DNA of 24,000 nt, from contig JALHQW010000069.1 in assembly GCA_022841745.1 (NCBI GenBank), positions 8,353 to 32,352 on the forward strand, read 5' to 3'. How positions within the stretch are numbered: position 1 is the first letter of the stretch; every line of letters begins with the position of its first letter. Under the pieces are notes generated by a model. The model ran no database searches, was not told where the DNA came from, and saw nothing but the letters and a program-made list of their open reading frames with translations. Shown one piece after another: positions 1 through 7,356 of the stretch. The position numbers and the translations under genes were made by a program. This DNA comes from Saprospiraceae bacterium. GTDB lineage: Bacteria > Bacteroidota > Bacteroidia > Chitinophagales > Saprospiraceae.

Positions 1-1
1 C

Positions 2-124
2 CGCACCACCGAGCAGGAGGGACTGCTGCACATCACCCTCGATTATGTCGTGCGGAGCACGAATTCCCGTTTCAACATCGTATTCCCCTTCTACATCAAG
101 GAGGGCACAAACATAGATTTATGA
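2..124 (+). CDS. 3' end of a GPW/gp25-like baseplate wedge gene (Afp9/Pvc9 position); the 5' part lies outside the window
   Basis: The frame is open from the window edge: RTTEQEGLLHITLDYVVRSTNSRFNIVFPFYIKEGTNIDL*. Its TGA (122-124) overlaps the ATG of the next gene (ATGA). The strand-like C-terminus and the position directly upstream of a baseplate-J-like gene fit gp25-like proteins. Only 40 aa are visible. Confidence 0.45.
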   Translation, partial: RTTEQEGLLHITLDYVVRSTNSRFNIVFPFYIKEGTNIDL

Positions 125-3100
125 AAAATTGTCCTGTAAATCCATTGCGCCGCCACGGCTCCCGGCAGGGCGAAAGGCTGTTGCGGGCGCTGGTGCCCAG
201 CAACGTCCGGCTGGACGACCGCTCCATGCAGGACCTCATCCGCTATGTCTATGACCTCTCGAAGGGCGTCAACTACTTCAACCTGCAAAACACCGAGGAC
301 GGCGACTGGCACTGCTTTTTCTCAAATGAGCCGACCGTGCTGCTGGCACTGTTGGCCACGCTAGACCTGGAGGGCATGGAGCGGGACTATCTGCTGCTCG
401 AACAGGACTACCACAAGCGCCACGATGCCGCCGAGGACGACCCCTCCCTGACTGACACGAGCGGGCAGGTGCTCCCGCAACTGATTGGAAAAATCTACCA
501 AGCCGCCAAGCGGGTGCAGCGGACCTGCAACCAACTACCGCCCGACCACCTCCTGAAAAAGCAAATCGGCGGGCTGATTGCGAAGCTGCGGCCTGCGCTC
601 GAAAGGCTGATTGGCTACCACAAGGCCGGCAGCGACGACGATATTTCGGCGGAATATGCCCCGTTCATTCTTGGCAGCGACAAGGCGACCCCCTGCACCA
701 AGTTCTGGAGCCCAGCTGCTGTCTTTGAAACCACCTGCGAGGGCGAAAAAAAGCTGCAGGGCAATGCCCACGAGGACCTGACGTTGGACTATTTCTACAA
801 CTGCATCTTGCCCGACCCGACGTTTGACCTTGAGATACTGCACGACCTGTTCCGGGAGTTTTTCAACGCACTTTCGGCCATCGTGGCCGCTGCGCAAAGG
901 GCTTTCCAAAACTCACTTCACCAACGTGACGACCACCAGCCGCATATCACGCTGTTCTTCGCCTTCCTCAACCTGTTCCGCTACCTGCAGGAGCAGATGA
1001 ACGGCCTGACCAAGCGCCACTTGGATTTTTACTACGAAACCATCCTCGGCCTCCAACGGCGGCAGGAACTGCCCGACCGGGTACACCTTGTCTTCGAGCT
1101 GGCGCAAAACCTCGTGCGGCACGAGCTGAAGGACGGCACCCCCTTCGACGGCGGCAAGGACGAGGACGGCCGCCAGCGGGCCTATGAGCTAGAGGAGGCC
1201 TTCGCACTCAACCACGCCAAGGTGGAGCAACTTAAAACGCTGGCTTTTTTGCCGAGACCCCTTGATGTCGGCCCAACTGGATGCGTTGGTACTTTGTTGT
1301 CCACTGCGGTTTCACTTGACCCTAATCCGCTCCGCAATATTTATGCTGCTCCGGTGGCCAATTCCAAGGGTGGCAACGGAAAACCCGACCCTGCCGTCCA
1401 ATGGAGTCCCCTTGGTGATAACCTGCAGCCGGATGGGGAGATTGGATTCGCCATTGCTTCGCCGATGTTTTATTTGGGGGAAGGGGTGCGGGTGATATTG
1501 GTTTCCTTGCCAATAACGCAAGGAGCAATTGGGGGCGATCTGAACGAGTTTTTTGAGATTCAGTTGAGTGCGGAGAAGGAATGGGTGCCTATCCAAAAGC
1601 TGGTTTTTGATGCCACAGTTTTTAATCCCGATGATTTTATCCTAAAAATCAAGGCTAATGAAATCTATGAAAAAACCCCACCACTAAATACCACAGGTTT
1701 TATAAAAATCCCGACTACATCAGGTTTTTATATTTCCCAAAACCTGCAAGAAATTGCCGTCGTCCTGCGGGAGGACGTGCCCGCCATCACCAACTTCGTT
1801 GGGGAGCCGAAGGAGGGGGAAATCCCGTTGAACGCCAAATGGCCAGTCCTGAAATTAAAGCTGAAACAAGACGACCGATATGAGTTTTTCAATGCTGACT
1901 CAAATATTTTGGAAGGACTCCGTCAAATGGAAGTGTGCAGCATGACGCTGAAGGTGGCCGTTTTTGGTGTTGAAAAACTCGTGCTCCAAAGCGGGCTTGC
2001 GGTGTTTGAGCCAAAGCGGAAGTTTCAGCCATGGGGGCCTGCTCCAGAAATCGGGGATGCTTTTTTGATTGGAAGCTGGGAGGTATTCCAAAAGAAACTG
2101 ACTAAATTATCGGTCAATTTAGCATGGCTGGGGCAACCCGATTATAATGATGTATTGTACCATGGCAGGCTTACCAAAGACTTGTTCATAGCTAATTGTT
2201 CTTTTTTGGACAACCGCAGGTGGAGCGTTCCTGTTTTGCCGAGAAAAATATACGACCAAATAGACTTCTCAACTGACACAACGGAGCTAATCCCGCTCAA
2301 TCCGAGGGAACCATTCCTTGAAAAATTCAGCCAATTCGATACAAATACAGAGCGGGGCTTTATGCAGATGGAACTGCTACAGGATTACTTGCACAAGGTT
2401 TATCCAGCCTTGTATTCGATTGCAGCCATCAATTATGCGGATACCGTACAAAATCCTCCAATTGGGGTAAATAACTCAGTATCCGATGTTAACTCATCTT
2501 CAAGCGGAACATCGGCACCTCCGACGAACCCCAATGTCCTTTTTGCGGTAAATAATAACCCTCCGATAGACCTGCAAGGCTTCCCAAAAGAACCCCACAC
2601 CCCCACCCTCAAATCCGTCTCCCTCGACTATATCTCCGAGGAAACCATCAATGTGGGCGGTGCCAACAGCGACATCGAGCAGTTTTTCCACCTCCACCCC
2701 TTCATGGGGAACGAGGCCGTAGCTATCCAAAAGCCCGGTCAGGCATGCCCCCCGCTGCTGCCATTGTTCTGTATGCCCGAAGGCTCTCCCGTGGAGGATT
2801 GCTGCCCCGACAAAACGCAACCAATCAGGCCCCCGGTCTTCATTACCAAATGCCCATTGGCCCACGGCAACCTCTTCATCGGCCTGAAAAAACTGGAGCC
2901 GGGGCAGAGCCTCTCCCTGCTGTTCCGGGTGGAGGAGGCCAGCGGCAACCCCGCCGCCGAGGCACCGGGGGTGGCCTGGTCGTACCTTCGGGGCAATGAG
3001 TGGGTGCGCATCCCCGTCCAGTTGCTCCTCTCAGACACGACCTTCGGCCTGACGAAAACGGGCATCGTGAAGCTGCAAATCCCCACCGACCTTAGCAATG

Positions 3101-4107
3101 TAGGCACCACCATCCTCGACCCGGCGCTGAACTGGCTGCGGGTGTCGGCGATGGAAGACCTTTCGGTGGAGCCGCCCCAAAAGCTCGACGGCTTCCCGAA
3201 AATGCTGACAGTGGAGGCGCAGGCCGTCGTCGCCGTGCTGCGGCCAAACGGCTCTGCCGTGGCGCATTTGGAAGCGGGGTTGCCCGCCAACACCATTTCA
3301 AAGCCACTGCTGCGAGAAGTCGCCGTCAAAAAAACCACACAGCCTGATGCCTCCTTTGGTGGCCGGCCACCGGAGGCCGACCCCCAATATTACCGCCGCA
3401 CCAGCGAGCGGCTGCGCCACAAGAACCGGGCGGTGACGCCCTGGGACTATGAGCATATCGTCCTCGAGAAAAACCCGCAGCTCCACGCCGCCAAATGCCT
3501 CAACCATACCAACGGCGAGAGCGAGCTGGCCCCCGGCTACGTGGCCGTGGCCGTGGTACCAGAGGTGAAGAACCGCACGGGCATCCACAAATTCGAGCCT
3601 CGGATGGACGAGGGGACGCTGGAGGAAATCCGCCGCCAACTGCTCGGCAAGGTCAGCTACTTCGTCACCCTGAACGATGCTACGGACAACCCCTATTTAA
3701 AGGTGGTGAACGCACTGTTCGAGCCGCTGCACGTCAGCGTCTGCGCCAAGTTCCGGGACGGGCTGGACGCCAACCAGCAACGCTACAAGCTAGACGACGA
3801 CATCAAACAGTACTTGGCGCCTTGGGCGTTCGGAGGCACGGCGCCTATCGTGTTCGGGGCGGAGGTGTTCAAGTCCCAACTGCTGAATTTCATCGAAGAA
3901 CTCGACTACGTGGACGTGATACTCGAATTTGAAGTCTGCCACAATGGGCAGGTAGTGGTAGGCGACCTTATCCGCCCGACGACGGGCAGGTCTATCCTCA
4001 CTTCCTACATCAACCCGGCGGCCTTCGATGACCCGAACCTGACCGACCATGAAGTGAAAATCGTACTGAACGCAGAAAATTGCTGCGAACCCTGCGGGTG
4101 CCCGTAA
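121..4107 (+). CDS. Large baseplate J/gp47 (gp6)-like eCIS baseplate protein (Afp11/Pvc11-like), 1328 aa
   Basis: Uninterrupted 3987-nt ORF that is translationally coupled to the upstream gene. The C-terminal third carries the baseplate-J-type block YYRRTSERLRHKNRAVTPWDYEHIVLEKNPQLHAAKC (about nt 3380-3500). It lies between a gp25-like gene and a second large baseplate gene. The family call is from remembered motifs, not a search. Confidence 0.7.
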   Translation: MKNCPVNPLRRHGSRQGERLLRALVPSNVRLDDRSMQDLIRYVYDLSKGVNYFNLQNTEDGDWHCFFSNEPTVLLALLATLDLEGMERDYLLLEQDYHKRHDAAEDDPSLTDTSGQVLPQLIGKIYQAAKRVQRTCNQLPPDHLLKKQIGGLIAKLRPALERLIGYHKAGSDDDISAEYAPFILGSDKATPCTKFWSPAAVFETTCEGEKKLQGNAHEDLTLDYFYNCILPDPTFDLEILHDLFREFFNALSAIVAAAQRAFQNSLHQRDDHQPHITLFFAFLNLFRYLQEQMNGLTKRHLDFYYETILGLQRRQELPDRVHLVFELAQNLVRHELKDGTPFDGGKDEDGRQRAYELEEAFALNHAKVEQLKTLAFLPRPLDVGPTGCVGTLLSTAVSLDPNPLRNIYAAPVANSKGGNGKPDPAVQWSPLGDNLQPDGEIGFAIASPMFYLGEGVRVILVSLPITQGAIGGDLNEFFEIQLSAEKEWVPIQKLVFDATVFNPDDFILKIKANEIYEKTPPLNTTGFIKIPTTSGFYISQNLQEIAVVLREDVPAITNFVGEPKEGEIPLNAKWPVLKLKLKQDDRYEFFNADSNILEGLRQMEVCSMTLKVAVFGVEKLVLQSGLAVFEPKRKFQPWGPAPEIGDAFLIGSWEVFQKKLTKLSVNLAWLGQPDYNDVLYHGRLTKDLFIANCSFLDNRRWSVPVLPRKIYDQIDFSTDTTELIPLNPREPFLEKFSQFDTNTERGFMQMELLQDYLHKVYPALYSIAAINYADTVQNPPIGVNNSVSDVNSSSSGTSAPPTNPNVLFAVNNNPPIDLQGFPKEPHTPTLKSVSLDYISEETINVGGANSDIEQFFHLHPFMGNEAVAIQKPGQACPPLLPLFCMPEGSPVEDCCPDKTQPIRPPVFITKCPLAHGNLFIGLKKLEPGQSLSLLFRVEEASGNPAAEAPGVAWSYLRGNEWVRIPVQLLLSDTTFGLTKTGIVKLQIPTDLSNVGTTILDPALNWLRVSAMEDLSVEPPQKLDGFPKMLTVEAQAVVAVLRPNGSAVAHLEAGLPANTISKPLLREVAVKKTTQPDASFGGRPPEADPQYYRRTSERLRHKNRAVTPWDYEHIVLEKNPQLHAAKCLNHTNGESELAPGYVAVAVVPEVKNRTGIHKFEPRMDEGTLEEIRRQLLGKVSYFVTLNDATDNPYLKVVNALFEPLHVSVCAKFRDGLDANQQRYKLDDDIKQYLAPWAFGGTAPIVFGAEVFKSQLLNFIEELDYVDVILEFEVCHNGQVVVGDLIRPTTGRSILTSYINPAAFDDPNLTDHEVKIVLNAENCCEPCGCP

Positions 4108-4108
4108 A

Positions 4109-4203
4109 CTGATTTCGGATTTCAGATTTCGGATTTCGGATAGGGGCCTTTGCCAATTTCCGGGATCCCCAATCCGAAATCCGCAATCCCCAATCTGAAA
4201 TTA
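4109..4203. repeat. Imperfect inverted repeat built from 7-nt tandem units (5 x GATTTCG-like, then 5 x CCGAAAT-like) between two baseplate genes; potential long RNA hairpin
   Basis: Left arm 4111-4146: GATTTCG GATTTCA GATTTCG GATTTCG GATAGGG. The ~20-nt spacer is cctttgccaatttccgggat. Right arm 4167-4201: CCCCAAT CCGAAAT CCGCAAT CCCCAAT CTGAAAT. Heptad-by-heptad complementarity is 6/7, 7/7, 6/7, 4/7 and 6/7. Confidence 0.8.
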
Positions 4204-4205
4204 AA

Positions 4206-7200
4206 ATGACCAGCCTCACCATATCAAAACAACCGCCCGCCGAGCCGGGCATGGACTACCGCCGACTGCACCGGGAGGGCATCCGGCATATCGAGCGCCT
4301 CGGCAGCCGCCTGTGGACGGACTTCAACATCCACGACCCCGGCATCACCATCCTCGACGTGCTTTGCTATGCCATCACCGACCTGAGCTACCGCACCAAT
4401 TTTGACCTGCCTGACCTGCTCTCCCATCCCAGCAGCCGCAGCCTGCCAGCTCCAACCCCACAGTTTTACACGGCGGCGGAAATCCTTTTCTGCAACCCCG
4501 TGTCGGTGAACGACTTCCGCAAGGTCACCATAGATGTGGAGGGGGTGAAGAACGCATGGCTGTTCAAGGCGCTGGAAGCCGAGGCGCAGTTATATTTACA
4601 AGAGTCAACTGTAGGAGTCGGAGATTTGGCCATCCATTTGCGACCCTATGAAAACCAGCCAGTTTATGCCTCAGTCGAAAAAAAGGATTTGGACATGGCC
4701 AGTGATGCCATGAAAAAGACCATTGATGGTATTTCGGAAGCCGTTGTCAAACCTGGCTTGGAGAATCTGAAGGTCATTCTAAAATCAGCTGAGGTCTCAA
4801 ATGCCATTTTGGCTGATTCAATGGTTGCCATTGGCAAAGGTGACAACGCAATGGCTTTGGCTTTGGCAAACACATGGCTACTTTCAACCCAGGACAATGT
4901 TTTGATACCGCTTTCCAAATTGACCATTGAACCAAAGGAATGCAGCATTGACTACCAAGGCACCAATAAACTCCAACTCAACGGCCTCTACAACGTCCTG
5001 CTCGAACTTGACGACGAAATAGACCCAGAGAATGCCGAGGCCGTGGAGGAAATCGTGGCCGATGTACGCCGCCGGCTGCACCGCTACCGCAACCTTTGCG
5101 AGGATTTTTTGGCCATCGAGGTGGTGGAAAACGTGCCATTCGGCATCTGCGCCAACATTGTGATAGAAAGGGATGCCGACGAGGAGGAAACCTTGGCACA
5201 AGTATTTTTCAACATTAACCGCTACCTGTCCCCACCGCTCAATTTTTATTCCCTCGAAGAAATGTGGGCAAAAAAATCAAGTTACCGCCTGACCGCTGAC
5301 GGCCTTGCCCTGTTGGCGGAGTCGGGGTTTCCAACGGACTTGCAAGCGGCCCTTAAAAGTATCCAAGACATTCGCTTCACAGGAGAGGCCGAATTTTCAG
5401 CAAAAGCAACCAGCCTCATCGGGCAGCATGCCCATGCGGAATTGGGTGCCTTAGTGCTTCGTTTTGCCACGGTGGAAAGGGACAGCGACCTGATTTTCGA
5501 TGGCCCACGTCTTTGCAACGGCTTTATTGACGATGAGGAACTGGAAGCTGCCGAGTTGCGCCAGCAGGTGTTTAAGTCCGATATTTACCAGCTCATTATG
5601 GATGTGCCGGGCGTGCAGAGCATCCAGTCACTGCGGATTGGGAAATGCCATGCCAACCAAGCTAATGATTTTGCGACCGACCCCTGGTGCATCAGTTTTT
5701 CGAGCAAGTGCAAGCCTAAATTAGACTACGGTTGCACCAAAATCCGTTTCACCAAAGGGGCGGGCTACCTCATCCCCGAAATCGGTCGAACAATTGAGCT
5801 GTTGGACCGCCTGACCGCTGAAGCCGCCAAGCCCCGCATTGGGCTGCCGCAGGACATTCCCATACCACAGGGCGAAAACCGGGAGCTGACCGACTATACC
5901 AGCATACAGGAAGATTTTCCGCTGGTATATGGCGTAGGGTCAGCCGGTATTCCGGGCGTGCCGACACCTGAACGCAAGGCCCAAGCCAAGCAACTGAAGG
6001 CCTACCTGACCTTCTTCGACCAAATTTTGGGAAACTACCTTGCACAGCTCGCCCAGGTAGGTAGGCTGCTTTCGGTCAGCAACACCGAGGAGAGAACCCG
6101 TTTTTCGCTTCCACTCGACCGGGTGGTACCTGGTGCCGAGTACCTGTTGAAGGATTACCAGAATGGATACCGCAGCCTGCTCGAACAAATTGCTGAGACA
6201 CCGAGCCGGCGCAATCGCCGCCAGAACGAACTGCTCGACCACCTGCTGGCTCGTTTTGGTGAACAGTTCAACGATTATGCACTCGCCCTATTCAAGCTTA
6301 CCCGACAATCGGACGAACGCCTCGCCTACGTGGATGACCCTGTCGAAACCGTTTTCGACAAGCGGGCATTGCTGAAAAAAATCCCGACCATTTCGAGCGA
6401 GCGGGGAAAGGCTTTTGATTATAAAAAACGGAAGTCTGACGCCCCAGAACCAGACGTCTGGAACAGCGACAACGTGGAGGGCGTGAAGAAAAGGGTAATG
6501 ACCTTGCTGGGACTTCCGGACTACAATCGAAAGTTGCTTTCCTGCCTGCCCGGTTTCCATTCCGAAGTATTCCAGTGGCGTAAGACTTGGAAGTTCAGAA
6601 TGTTTGAGTCTGAGAACAGCGGTGAATGGCTTTTAGAAGGCGCCCGCAGCTACCGGGAGCAGGAGAACGCTCGCAAGGCCGCCGACGCCAGCGCCAAGGC
6701 CAGCAAGCACCCAGAGAATCTCAGCACCCCGCCCAACCTGGTGGACGAGGAGTTCTGCATTTATTTATACGAAAAAAAAGCGGATGAAGCTCAATCCGAA
6801 GGCTTGAAGCCGCTGGCGCAAAGCCCCGCCTTCGACGATTTGGAGGAGTACGAAGTTTGGAAGAAGAAACTAGCCCGATTGGCCTCGCCAGCTTGTGAGG
6901 CCGAGGGCTTCCACATCGTGGAGCATATCCTGATGCGCCCACAGGACGACGATTACCACCTGCTGCGGCCCGACCCCTGCGGCTGTGGCGATTGCACCGA
7001 TCCCTACTCGTTCTGGGTGACGGTGGTAGCTCCGGCCAGTTGGAGCCGCTTCGACAACGAAGAAATGCGCTACCATTTCGAGCAACTATTGCGAAGCGAA
7101 CTACCGGCGCACGTGGCTGCCCGCATCTGCTGGCTCGGCAGTCACGACCTGCTTCATTTTGAAAACAGCTACCATGCCTGGCTTTGGGAATTGGCACAGG

Positions 7201-7355
7201 CCGACGCCGACCCATACGCCCTGCGTGACAGTGCCAACGAAATGATTGACATCCTGAACGGACTGGACTGCGGCTGCGGAAAAACCGAGTTGCCCAAGCC
7301 ACCCGATTGTACGCCAAAGTCTTCGGCTGCGGCCCACGTCATCAAAAAATATTGA
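4206..7355 (+). CDS. Large conserved eCIS baseplate-associated protein (Afp12/Pvc12 position), 1049 aa
   Basis: 3150-nt ORF. The N-terminal block is WTDFNIHDPGITILDVLCYAITDLSYR (about nt 4312-4395). The C-terminal block is GFHIVEHILMRP...DPCGCGDCTDPYSFWV...RF...ELPAHV..ICWL. I recognise both from the large hypothetical protein that follows baseplate-J in phage-tail-like/eCIS clusters. No named domain is assigned. Confidence 0.6.
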   Translation: MTSLTISKQPPAEPGMDYRRLHREGIRHIERLGSRLWTDFNIHDPGITILDVLCYAITDLSYRTNFDLPDLLSHPSSRSLPAPTPQFYTAAEILFCNPVSVNDFRKVTIDVEGVKNAWLFKALEAEAQLYLQESTVGVGDLAIHLRPYENQPVYASVEKKDLDMASDAMKKTIDGISEAVVKPGLENLKVILKSAEVSNAILADSMVAIGKGDNAMALALANTWLLSTQDNVLIPLSKLTIEPKECSIDYQGTNKLQLNGLYNVLLELDDEIDPENAEAVEEIVADVRRRLHRYRNLCEDFLAIEVVENVPFGICANIVIERDADEEETLAQVFFNINRYLSPPLNFYSLEEMWAKKSSYRLTADGLALLAESGFPTDLQAALKSIQDIRFTGEAEFSAKATSLIGQHAHAELGALVLRFATVERDSDLIFDGPRLCNGFIDDEELEAAELRQQVFKSDIYQLIMDVPGVQSIQSLRIGKCHANQANDFATDPWCISFSSKCKPKLDYGCTKIRFTKGAGYLIPEIGRTIELLDRLTAEAAKPRIGLPQDIPIPQGENRELTDYTSIQEDFPLVYGVGSAGIPGVPTPERKAQAKQLKAYLTFFDQILGNYLAQLAQVGRLLSVSNTEERTRFSLPLDRVVPGAEYLLKDYQNGYRSLLEQIAETPSRRNRRQNELLDHLLARFGEQFNDYALALFKLTRQSDERLAYVDDPVETVFDKRALLKKIPTISSERGKAFDYKKRKSDAPEPDVWNSDNVEGVKKRVMTLLGLPDYNRKLLSCLPGFHSEVFQWRKTWKFRMFESENSGEWLLEGARSYREQENARKAADASAKASKHPENLSTPPNLVDEEFCIYLYEKKADEAQSEGLKPLAQSPAFDDLEEYEVWKKKLARLASPACEAEGFHIVEHILMRPQDDDYHLLRPDPCGCGDCTDPYSFWVTVVAPASWSRFDNEEMRYHFEQLLRSELPAHVAARICWLGSHDLLHFENSYHAWLWELAQADADPYALRDSANEMIDILNGLDCGCGKTELPKPPDCTPKSSAAAHVIKKY

Positions 7356-7356
7356 C

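Noticed and set aside
4109-4203. The heptad repeats considered as a CRISPR array or a mini-satellite
   Set aside because: The units are only 7 nt, contiguous and spacer-free, and they are arranged as two inverted blocks. This is not CRISPR architecture. No cas genes are in the window.
4010-4252. 80-aa minus-strand ORF spanning the 4109-4203 repeat (ISDWGLRISDWGS...IRNPKSEIRNQ)
   Set aside because: The internal peptide repeats simply reflect translation of the heptad DNA repeat. The ORF overlaps the ends of two well-supported genes.
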